Shown: positions 40,911 through 49,183 of the stretch, piece by piece | Position numbering within the stretch: position 1 is the stretch's first letter | Layout: each line of letters starts with the position of its first letter | Sequence record: MT939492.1 | Reading direction: 5' to 3' (one strand) | Length of the DNA: 64,000 nt | Notes under the pieces: generated by a model | What the model saw: only the letters and a program-made list of their open reading frames with translations | Databases searched by the model: none | Told to the model about the DNA's origin: nothing | Made by a program: the position numbers and the translations under genes

Positions 40911-40922
40911 AAAGGATCTCCA

Positions 40923-41690
40923 ATGAGCTACATGGGCGCAAAGCCTGTCCAGTCGGCCAAGTACGAATGTACTGCGCTGGTGGGCGTGAACAAGGCTGGT
41001 ACGCTGAAGGCAGATGCACGCGGGTACTACGACAACGTGGTGCTCGGTGCGTTCGACTACCACAACAGCTCCGGTGCTTTCTATCCCTTCGAGGATGCCA
41101 AGCATCTGTTTGAATCTTCCTCGCCGCTGATGCGCAAGATCGCCACCGGCAACCTGCGTGGCGAGTACGGTCATCCGCGCAAGGGTGACATGGACATGCG
41201 GCAGTTCATCAACCGCGTCTGTGACATCTACGAGCCGAACATCTCCCACCACATCGCCAACGTGCGCATCGACAACATCCGCGAGACCAGTGGTCGGCAG
41301 GTGATCGCTGTGCTGGGCCGTGTCAAGCCGGCAGGTCCGATGGGCCCTGCGCTGCGTGAAGCGTTCGAGAACCCCGAAGAAGACGTGTGCTTCTCGGTGC
41401 GTTCGCTGACCGAAGACGGCTGGGTGGGCAACGTTCTCCACAAGCGCATGAAGTCTCTGATCACCTGGGACTTCGTGAATGAGCCGGGCATCAACGTGGC
41501 TCGCAAGTGGAACAACCCGTCGCTGGAATCGTTCGCCATCTCGCCGCAGCAGCTGCGTCTGGCCCGCGATATCCAGAGCCGTGCCAGCAATGGCATGGAG
41601 TCGGCCGCTTGCGGTGTCATGGACCAGATCGCTCGCGACCTGGGCTGGGCCGGCAAGAGCGACCGACCGCCGAGCGCTGACTGGAAGTAA
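40923..41690 (+). CDS. Prohead (head maturation) serine protease (phiKZ gp175-like)
   Basis: GEYGHP (His), FSVRSLT (Ser) and ITWDFVNEPG (Asp) motifs of S80-like prohead proteases; PSLES putative self-cleavage site. Confidence 0.88.
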   Translation: MSYMGAKPVQSAKYECTALVGVNKAGTLKADARGYYDNVVLGAFDYHNSSGAFYPFEDAKHLFESSSPLMRKIATGNLRGEYGHPRKGDMDMRQFINRVCDIYEPNISHHIANVRIDNIRETSGRQVIAVLGRVKPAGPMGPALREAFENPEEDVCFSVRSLTEDGWVGNVLHKRMKSLITWDFVNEPGINVARKWNNPSLESFAISPQQLRLARDIQSRASNGMESAACGVMDQIARDLGWAGKSDRPPSADWK

Positions 41691-41716
41691 TTTCTTACAG
41701 CCAGTAGGCATGATGT

Positions 41717-41746
41717 GGGAGAGTGCTTTCCCCAGCACTCTCTCAT
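41717..41746 (+). terminator. 12-bp hairpin TGGGAGAGTGCT/AGCACTCTCTCA after the protease gene (terminator or processing site)
   Basis: Inverted repeat read directly; no U-tract follows it. Confidence 0.55.
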
Positions 41747-42303
41747 CGGCCGAGCTGACCTAACTGTGTAGGCTTAGACTAGGTGGATCATTGGCTGAGT
41801 AATGCCAGTTGCAATGATTCTTAACAGTACGCGATGGGCAGCATTCCCCATCGAAGTTGTAGACTCAAGAGTCGCCTAGCGACATAGCCGCCGCAACCCC
41901 ATGCGGCCGCACCGTGTCTTGAGAATGCAGCCTTCAGTGATCCCGTAGCCGGTCTGCAGCTGGCCACTTGGATTACTGCTGGGTGCAGTCTTGCATCAAT
42001 TGCCGTATGGTATAGACAGTCGAGCAAAATCTTGGCCCTGTTCTGGTGGGATTGAGAAACCACCCTTGGTCTAGGCTATACCCGGGATCTGGAAAGTCCC
42101 ATATGGGTTAACTAGCTATCTTTCCTGTCGAAAGAAATCCTTGGCCTGAGCAATTCGGTCATCGATAGTTGAGCCTTGAGCTCAGCCTACAGCCGTCCAC
42201 ATTTGGCGACGGTTGTGGGAAGCGCTTATCGCTTCAAGCGTTCTGGCCCCCTGGGACGCAAACAACACGAAAACTAACAGGGCTAATGTCCTGAATTGCC
42301 TAG
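41746..42303 (+). ncRNA. Candidate large structured non-coding RNA (~560 nt)
   Basis: No plausible ORF. At least 8 local hairpins and several 7-10 bp long-range helices found by eye; G-U pairs occur on the + strand; bounded by hairpins on both sides. Boundaries are approximate. Confidence 0.6.
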
Positions 42304-42304
42304 C

Positions 42305-42362
42305 GGCATAAAAGCAGGTTGAGGGCCACGGTTGCGACCGTGCGACCCTCAGCCTTTATGCC
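42305..42362 (+). terminator. Long compound hairpin GGCATAAA..AGGTTGAGGG..CACGGT-TGCG-ACCGTG..CCCTCAGCCT-TTATGCC
   Basis: Nested inverted repeats with the same GGCATA/TATGCC flanks as other gene-end hairpins. Confidence 0.65.
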
Positions 42363-42461
42363 CTTATGCAAAGTCGATACAAACTTGTTTCACTTACACA
42401 CTACCGTAGTAGTACTACTCGCTAGGAAACTGCCGGCATTTCGTAATTCGATTCAAAACGG

Positions 42462-42478
42462 TTTGAAGCATATATCAT
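42462..42478 (+). promoter_or_regulatory. Putative early (virion RNAP) promoter TTTGAA-N3-TATATCAT
   Basis: Same spacing as the copies at 52253 and 58606; resembles the phiKZ early promoter consensus TATATTAC. Confidence 0.55.
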
Positions 42479-42591
42479 CCAATTGACCTACCAACGCAGT
42501 AACATCTCATCCCTAAAAAAGTACATCGCAGTGCTACACTGTGAAGTGCCCTGCTGGGTAGTTCGTCCCTAAACCAACTGGAAAAAGCACC

Positions 42592-43074
42592 ATGTCCGAA
42601 GTCAAGACCACCTTCGAAGGCGACGCCAAGGTTCGTGAGCACGCCGACCGCATCCGCAAGGAGCTGTCCTACAACTCCCACGGCAACGCTCCCGAAGACC
42701 TGGGCGAAGTCATCTGCAAGCCGATCTTCGAAGAGCACGGCATCACCCCGCAGATCCTGAAGAACCTGAAGACCGCCACCGCGCTCGCCGTCGCCTCCGC
42801 CGGCCTGGCCCACGGCGAAAGCTCCAACCAGGTGCTGAACGACAACCAGGGCATCGACCGCACGACCCTGTCCTTCAACATCGGCGAAGACCGCGTCACC
42901 CACACCTACCTGCGCCGCCGCGAATCCAACGATCCGCAGAACAAGGGCAAGACCATCGTCAAGAAGGGCGCGCTGTCGACCAACTACACCACCCGTGCCG
43001 GCGACGGCAGCCGTGGCAGCCTGAAGGCCGTCAAGCGCCACCTGGTCGCCCTGGGCGAAGAAGTCCTGAAGTAA
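42592..43074 (+). CDS. Hypothetical protein (160 aa), probably highly expressed
   Basis: Extreme C-ending codon bias; behind the early-promoter motif. Confidence 0.8.
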   Translation: MSEVKTTFEGDAKVREHADRIRKELSYNSHGNAPEDLGEVICKPIFEEHGITPQILKNLKTATALAVASAGLAHGESSNQVLNDNQGIDRTTLSFNIGEDRVTHTYLRRRESNDPQNKGKTIVKKGALSTNYTTRAGDGSRGSLKAVKRHLVALGEEVLK

Positions 43075-43107
43075 TCTGCTGCCGGCCTGCGCCGTGGCAC
43101 CGGACTG

Positions 43108-43140
43108 GGGGAGCGCTGCTCCCCTGGTCTGCTATGCCGA
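43108..43140 (+). terminator. Hairpin GACTGGGGGAGC-GCT-GCTCCCCTGGTC followed by CTATGCC
   Basis: Inverted repeat after the 42592 gene. Confidence 0.55.
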
Positions 43141-43168
43141 ACACAACAAGTGAACAAGGGGAAGTACC

Positions 43169-43795
43169 ATGCTGAAAGAACGTGCGGAGTTTATCCAGAG
43201 ACCTGCAGTTATCGAAAAGGTCCAGAAGCTCCGTGACTACGCATACACGGACAAAGAGATCGTCGACGAGCTGAGTAAGAAATACTCGGCTATCCTCAAC
43301 CCTCTGGGCGGCGTGTTCAATCGCGTCGACCTGTACCACATCAAGACCGATTTCAAAGACCTCAAGATCGACCAGCCTGTTACTGAGGCCGAGAAGGCCA
43401 AGGCTAAAACGGAGAAGTACCTGAGTGAGACCTGCTACCTGATTCTGGGTAGCGATACCACTGAAGCTTTCGATACGGCCGCCACCGTAGTGATCGACCC
43501 CTTCGGTCACATCAAGGCGAACCTGGTCATGTTCAAGTCGGTGATGGCTGTGGCTGTGGCCACCTTCGATGATCGTACCATCGAAGACATCGTCGAATCC
43601 ATGACCAACCTGCTGACCATCTACAACAAGTGGGCGCAGGGTCGTTCCGATGACATCCAGCAAATGCATGAACTGACCAACGGCTTCCGTGCCGTTTATC
43701 GTCGGATCATCACTGGACATCCGTCACCGGCCAGCATCCAGATCTTCTGGGACCGCCACTTCGGACGTGGTGAACCGGAAGAGACTGAAGAGTAA
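43169..43795 (+). CDS. Hypothetical protein (208 aa)
   Basis: AAGGGG RBS and phage codon usage. Confidence 0.7.
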   Translation: MLKERAEFIQRPAVIEKVQKLRDYAYTDKEIVDELSKKYSAILNPLGGVFNRVDLYHIKTDFKDLKIDQPVTEAEKAKAKTEKYLSETCYLILGSDTTEAFDTAATVVIDPFGHIKANLVMFKSVMAVAVATFDDRTIEDIVESMTNLLTIYNKWAQGRSDDIQQMHELTNGFRAVYRRIITGHPSPASIQIFWDRHFGRGEPEETEE

Positions 43796-43811
43796 TTGCT
43801 TGAAGAAGGGC

Positions 43812-43906
43812 GAGGAGCCGTCGCCATTTGGCGGCTCCTTTTTTTTTGTCTGTTTTTTTTTGTCTTCGGGCATAGGGGAGGGGCGCGAAGCCCCTCCCTC
43901 TATGAC
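43812..43906. terminator. Intrinsic terminator (AGGAGCCG..CGGCTCC + T9) followed by a CATA-GGGAGGGGC/GCCCCTCCC-TATG hairpin
   Basis: Two stem-loops between convergent genes. Confidence 0.8.
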
Positions 43907-43908
43907 GT

Positions 43909-45585
43909 TTACAGCTGGTTGGCAACCTGGTTGATATGCACCGGCAGCGCCGAGATACCCAGCTGGTAGCCAGCGGTGGGTTCGCGACGCAGGAACTTGA
44001 TGTACACCAACTGGCCCTGAAGCAGATCGTTGGGCACCAGCAGCTCAGCATTCCACTGACTGATCGGGTACTCGATCTCGCGACCACCGAACACCAGCAC
44101 GAAGTAGTTCGGCTCGGGAGCCTTGGCTTCGCGCTCTGCGTTGTACAGCGGCTGGGTGTTGTAGAACACCGCATCCAGCCAGCGCTGCAGGTTGGGCAGG
44201 CCACAGTCGATCTTCAGCTTCCACTGGTTCACGTTGACGAAGGTCATCTTCGCCTCCAGGCCCAGACCGTACGGCGGATCCTGACCCGGGCTGAAGCCGA
44301 TGGACCAGTTGTTCGTGTTCTGCGTACCCGGTGCCAGCAGTGCGACCTCGAAGGTCTGCGGGTGACGATACGCAGCGAACTTGCCGTCGACCTTGTTCAG
44401 ATCAACCACGTACTTCAGCTTCTGCACCACACCGTAGGCGGTGCCGTCGAACGGCGCCGAACCTTCGGCCAACTCCACCAGCGAGGTGACGTTGTAGACC
44501 TCCTCGCGATCGAGGTTGTACAGGTAGAACTGCATGCGGTAGCCGACCAGAGCAGACACCCAGGTCGGGTAGGCAAACAGCTTGACACTGTAGGCACCGT
44601 CCAACATGCGCGTACGAGCCCAGTAGCGCTCGCTGATGTGCTTGTTGATCGAGGGGCTGGCGTTGTAGCTGTACTCCTCTGCGCCGAGCTTGTAGGCCAG
44701 CGTGAGAGGGATCTTCTGGTCTTCGATGGACGCCACGTAGTTGTCGATGCCGTACAGGCTGAACTTCGTGCCGTCGATCGGCATGCGGCGCTTGGAGCCG
44801 TCGCTGTAGTTGACCACACCCATCAGCTGCAGGCCCGGCACCGGCAGGTTGATCGGGAAGTCCAGGTACTTCGGATCGGCGTTGGAGATGAACGGCGAAT
44901 CGATGGCGATGGAGGAGATGTACTTCTTGCCTTCCTCGCTCGCACGAATGAAGCCGGTGTTGTAGATGATGAACTTCTGGATCGAGAGCGGACCGCCCTC
45001 GTCATCGTACACCACCAGCGTCACCACTTCACCGTCTTCCAGCTTCTGCATGGTGTAGCCACGCATGCAGGCCTTGACCGAAACGTTCTGGCTTTCCTTG
45101 TGTTCCATGGCGACCAGTTCCAGCGGGATGAAATCGCCGAGGAACGAACCGTTCATGTAGTACGCAGAAATGACTTCACCGGTCTGGCCGATGTTGGTGC
45201 CCTTGAATACCTTGTAACGCGTGGCGTCCTTGCCGTACAGGCGCGTGCGACGATCCGGCTGCAGGCCGTGCGGGATGACCGAGGTATCCAGCAGCATGCG
45301 GAAGGATTCGGAGCGGTAGCCCGGACCCATACCCAGCAGGATGTCGAACTCATCGGTGATGCCGCCCTGGCTCGGGCCAACGTGGGCCTTCAGCTTGGAG
45401 ATGGACGTGGTGTAATCCACCTCGATGACGCGGAACAGCCCTTCCACCCAGGACCACACCGCATCGCCGACATTGGGAACGTAGCGACCTGCGGTGCTGT
45501 GACCGTAGATCTCTTCGATGCTCCAGAGTCGGAACGAGCGGTCCGGATCCTGAATGGGGACCAACGGCTCTTTGATCTCGGCCAT
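43909..45585 (-). CDS. Baseplate/virion structural protein (phiKZ gp26-like, 558 aa)
   Basis: Long ORF translationally coupled to the upstream gene; size and position next to the sheath. Confidence 0.75.
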   Translation of the reverse strand: MAEIKEPLVPIQDPDRSFRLWSIEEIYGHSTAGRYVPNVGDAVWSWVEGLFRVIEVDYTTSISKLKAHVGPSQGGITDEFDILLGMGPGYRSESFRMLLDTSVIPHGLQPDRRTRLYGKDATRYKVFKGTNIGQTGEVISAYYMNGSFLGDFIPLELVAMEHKESQNVSVKACMRGYTMQKLEDGEVVTLVVYDDEGGPLSIQKFIIYNTGFIRASEEGKKYISSIAIDSPFISNADPKYLDFPINLPVPGLQLMGVVNYSDGSKRRMPIDGTKFSLYGIDNYVASIEDQKIPLTLAYKLGAEEYSYNASPSINKHISERYWARTRMLDGAYSVKLFAYPTWVSALVGYRMQFYLYNLDREEVYNVTSLVELAEGSAPFDGTAYGVVQKLKYVVDLNKVDGKFAAYRHPQTFEVALLAPGTQNTNNWSIGFSPGQDPPYGLGLEAKMTFVNVNQWKLKIDCGLPNLQRWLDAVFYNTQPLYNAEREAKAPEPNYFVLVFGGREIEYPISQWNAELLVPNDLLQGQLVYIKFLRREPTAGYQLGISALPVHINQVANQL

Positions 45586-48158
45586 TAGACGTACCCTTCT
45601 TTGAGTCGGACGAAACGATTGATGTCAACCTTGTCATCAAGGAAGATCTTGATGGCACGCTGGAGGAAGCTGTACTGATAGATGTTCAGCACCGTCTCAA
45701 CGTACAGGTTGTGCGGATGGATGCTCACGTAGTCGCTGTTCACACCCTGACGGACGGGATCGTAGTCGAGCAGGTAGACGTAGTCCGCCAGCGCGTCACG
45801 AACTTCCTTGTCCGAGTAGTAGTAACCAGCGCCGCTGAACTTGCTGATATCCAGCAGCCCGTTGAGCATGTCGTACATCACCTTCGAGGAGAAGGGGCTG
45901 TAGACCTGATACAGGCGCGGAATCGGCGAGGTCGGCGGCTTGGTCGGCTCGGGGAGTTTCATCGTCAGGTAGTCTTCGACGTACGCATCGTTCGCCTTGG
46001 ACTTGGCCCGCATCGAGTAGGTGTCCTCGGTGGTCAGACCACGCAGAGGGATAACCGGCTCGGTGATCAGGTACGGTGCACCATTGCGGATGTTCTGCAT
46101 CTGGATACCCTGATCGTTCTCGGAGAAGATCAGCTCGTCACGGTGACGGAGCGTGCCTTCCACGATGATGCGTACGACCTTGTCGTCGCGGACGTTGTAA
46201 CGGCGGTTGCGGCTGAGCAGGCCATGTTCGACGAACCCGAACTCTGCCGGTTCCTCGCGGGACATGTCGGACTTGCAGAAGCCCGTGGCACGAACCGTGA
46301 TCGACTGACGCGAGTTGGCCTGATCGATGTACTCCTTGTTCGTGATGATCACCTGCGGCCACTTCACGAAGTAGTCCAGGTTCTCGATCAGAGGAGCGCC
46401 ATTGAGCCACAGGTCCAACTGACCCGGGGCGATGTAGAGCGGACCAGTGAAGGTCTGTCCAACCTGCGTCTGTTCGGCGATGATGCTGAACTTCAACAGA
46501 CCATCGATCGGAGCCATCGTGAACTGGTAGGCCAGGAAGCGATCGTCGCAACCCACTGCGGTGAAGGTATCGGTGCCGGTAGCCCAGGTCACCTTCCCGT
46601 TGGAGATGGTGTACTTGGACAGATCGCCCGTGACGTCCTTCCACTCTGCATGGCGAATCTCGCCACGCCACACCGGTGCGGTGTAGAAGCGGTAGTTGTA
46701 CGTCCCATCGATCGGCGATTCCTTCTGACCCTGCGTGAGAGCTGCCACCGTACCGCCCACGCCCACGATGCCTTCCACCAACACACACGCTGCATTGCGC
46801 GGCACGTAGTTGATGTTGTCGCTGTGGGAATAGAAGCCCAGCAGCCGGCCGCTGCTGTTGTACTCGTAGATGGTCGAACGGTTGCGCAGTTCCACCGGCA
46901 GGTCCACGTAACGGCGCACGCTGTCCTGCTTGACCTTCAACGGCGAGTCGCCGATCAGCTTGGCAGTTGCGTTGTAGCCGTAGGCATCCTGCACCATCGG
47001 CACGGTGATCTCCGAACCCTTGGATCGCATGATCTTCGGATACATCGACAGCTCCAGCTGGGGAGCGTGCCAGAACGGGACAACCGAGTCGATACCCAGC
47101 AGCGCCTTGCGCAGGTCCAGCGCAGGCAGGCGATACAGTTCCTTGATGCGGTGGTGCTCATCCACCAGCGGGCGCTGGTAGCCGCTGTTGCGGATGAACA
47201 TGCGCACGGTCAACTGGTCGGTGTTCTTCCACAGACCCATCGCCTCGCGCTTCGAGGTGACGTAGGAGACCGGAATACCGTAATCCTTGTGGGTCACCAT
47301 GCGCACCGCATCTTCTTGATTGCGATGATACAGGCTACCCTTCCACTTGGTGCCCTGCAGGTTGAGCAGGTAGATCTCCAGGTCGTCACGATAGTCAATC
47401 GTCGAGTCGATCTGGTTCTTGTAGTTCAGCAGGTACTTGCGCTTGTTGTCCAGGGTGGAGACGTAGTTGTCCAGATCGGAGATCTTGAAGTCCACCACGT
47501 TCTTGACGGTGGTATCGTGGACATACTCCACCAATGCGCCCTTGGGCAGGGTCATCGGAACGAAGTCTTCGACATAGATGCCGTCGACAAATGCCAGCGC
47601 CATTCCGCCGGTAGCCTTGCGGTCACGGTAGCGGCGCTGCATCAGCAGCATCGAGTTGACATCGTCCATCACGCGGCCTTCGGTGAAGACCACGTTCTCC
47701 TTGCCCTTGGAGCGCTCGGACTGGAAGTAGGCGTTGCTGTACAGACGCACGAAGATCGGCGTGTTGTCCAACTCCACCAGGCGCGGTTGATCCTGCACGG
47801 CCAGCAGGACGTTGCCGTCCTCGTTGACCAGGAACCAGCACTGGAAGCGGGGCAGCTGCAACCCGCTCTCGGTGTAGATGTCACTGTACAGGTACTTGCG
47901 ACGCATGTTCTCGCTCACCGTCTGCCAGACCATCTTGTCGGGCATCAGGCCGATCAGCGGCGCGTGCAGCTGACCGATCTGGTAGACGTGGTAGCGTTCT
48001 TTCGGCGTCGGCAAGGGGATCGTGTCCCACAAGACGTTCGTGGTAGCGATGTCCCCTCGCGGCCGGGTCAGTTTGGCAGGCTTGAAGATTACCTGCTTGT
48101 CCTGATCCGGCGTGCACCACACATTCTGCAATGCGTGGCTTACGAGGAAATCAGTCAT
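45585..48158 (-). CDS. Baseplate/virion structural protein (phiKZ gp27-like, 857 aa)
   Basis: N-terminus MTDFLVSHALQNVWCTPDQDKQ; synteny. Confidence 0.75.
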   Translation of the reverse strand: MTDFLVSHALQNVWCTPDQDKQVIFKPAKLTRPRGDIATTNVLWDTIPLPTPKERYHVYQIGQLHAPLIGLMPDKMVWQTVSENMRRKYLYSDIYTESGLQLPRFQCWFLVNEDGNVLLAVQDQPRLVELDNTPIFVRLYSNAYFQSERSKGKENVVFTEGRVMDDVNSMLLMQRRYRDRKATGGMALAFVDGIYVEDFVPMTLPKGALVEYVHDTTVKNVVDFKISDLDNYVSTLDNKRKYLLNYKNQIDSTIDYRDDLEIYLLNLQGTKWKGSLYHRNQEDAVRMVTHKDYGIPVSYVTSKREAMGLWKNTDQLTVRMFIRNSGYQRPLVDEHHRIKELYRLPALDLRKALLGIDSVVPFWHAPQLELSMYPKIMRSKGSEITVPMVQDAYGYNATAKLIGDSPLKVKQDSVRRYVDLPVELRNRSTIYEYNSSGRLLGFYSHSDNINYVPRNAACVLVEGIVGVGGTVAALTQGQKESPIDGTYNYRFYTAPVWRGEIRHAEWKDVTGDLSKYTISNGKVTWATGTDTFTAVGCDDRFLAYQFTMAPIDGLLKFSIIAEQTQVGQTFTGPLYIAPGQLDLWLNGAPLIENLDYFVKWPQVIITNKEYIDQANSRQSITVRATGFCKSDMSREEPAEFGFVEHGLLSRNRRYNVRDDKVVRIIVEGTLRHRDELIFSENDQGIQMQNIRNGAPYLITEPVIPLRGLTTEDTYSMRAKSKANDAYVEDYLTMKLPEPTKPPTSPIPRLYQVYSPFSSKVMYDMLNGLLDISKFSGAGYYYSDKEVRDALADYVYLLDYDPVRQGVNSDYVSIHPHNLYVETVLNIYQYSFLQRAIKIFLDDKVDINRFVRLKEGYV

Positions 48159-49068
48159 TGCGGGCTCCGATCATGTTCAGCAGGTTGTAGGTGAACGTCT
48201 TGCTCACCTGACCCTTGTCCAGCTTCTGGAGAAGCTTGGTCAGGAACGTGCGGTGGTACAGTCGGTCGTTGAAGGCCGAGTACACCATCGTGATCCAGGT
48301 GGGCGGGTGTTCCAGCGAGACGTTGACCATTTCCTGGTCGTTGGTGGAGAACCACGAACTACGCAGGACCGAGTACAGGAAGCCGACGCTCAGCTGCGCC
48401 AGGCGCGGGGAGAAGGTGCCGGTCTTCAGCAGCTCCACGAACTCGGAGATGTTGTGCGGCGTACGGTGCTCGCCCATCAGCTCCAGCACGGTGTTCGGAT
48501 TGCTGCGAGTCAGGTTGGCGATGACCGTGGAGAGACGGCGACGGGTGATTTCGTCTTCCATCTCACTGGCGTCTTCGAACAGACCCATGTAGTACCAGGC
48601 CGACGCGATGGCGACGTTCTGCTGTTCCTGAGGGTTCAGATTCAGGGCGCGCGTGAGGTTGTCGGAGATCCACGTTGCGAACGCCTTGGGCGCAATGTCG
48701 CCCAATGTAATGAACAGTCCCTGTTCCCCTTCTGCCCATATCCGGGAGAGCACGCCCCGCATGACCATGAAATCATGCTGGCTGTGATCGCGGACTTGGA
48801 ACACACCCAGTCGATCGATGCTGGTATACGGCCGCGTATCGATCACCCAGTAAGTTTCACCCGTGCCGCGGGTGATTGCAATCGGATGTCCGAACTGTGG
48901 GATGACTTTGTTACTCGGCGGGATTTCCTTCACCTTGTCATACACGGCGTTCGACTTTGTCGTCGCGTCACGCAGCTCGCCCTCAATGAGCGCCACGTTG
49001 ATTTCCTTCTCGATCCTGCTGAGATTGTAGGCGCCCAGAGGCGTGGTCTGATAAGGTTGGAGGATCAT
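48151..49068 (-). CDS. Virion structural protein (phiKZ gp28-like, 305 aa)
   Basis: PYQTTP N-terminus and LEHPPTW motif; divergent from the sheath gene. Confidence 0.75.
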   Translation of the reverse strand: MILQPYQTTPLGAYNLSRIEKEINVALIEGELRDATTKSNAVYDKVKEIPPSNKVIPQFGHPIAITRGTGETYWVIDTRPYTSIDRLGVFQVRDHSQHDFMVMRGVLSRIWAEGEQGLFITLGDIAPKAFATWISDNLTRALNLNPQEQQNVAIASAWYYMGLFEDASEMEDEITRRRLSTVIANLTRSNPNTVLELMGEHRTPHNISEFVELLKTGTFSPRLAQLSVGFLYSVLRSSWFSTNDQEMVNVSLEHPPTWITMVYSAFNDRLYHRTFLTKLLQKLDKGQVSKTFTYNLLNMIGARND

Positions 49069-49183
49069 GTCGCCGGCCTTTGCTCTGAAGTTGTAAAAAG
49101 ATACTCGTTACGCCTAAAGTATTTCCGTATTACTATGATGTACGAGCATCGCTAGTCGCTATAACATTCGCCCACAGGAGCCC

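Noticed and set aside
41821-42063. 80-aa minus-strand ORF inside the candidate RNA
   Set aside because: No RBS, codon usage unlike the phage genes, and no motif.
41746-42303. Group I intron, RNase P RNA or tRNA cluster as identity of the structured region
   Set aside because: No interrupted host gene (the protease ends normally). GGAAAGTCC at 42091 resembles the RNase P P4 strand, but I found no matching 3' P4 strand. No cloverleaf or T-arm/CCA found. These cannot be fully excluded without covariance-model searches.
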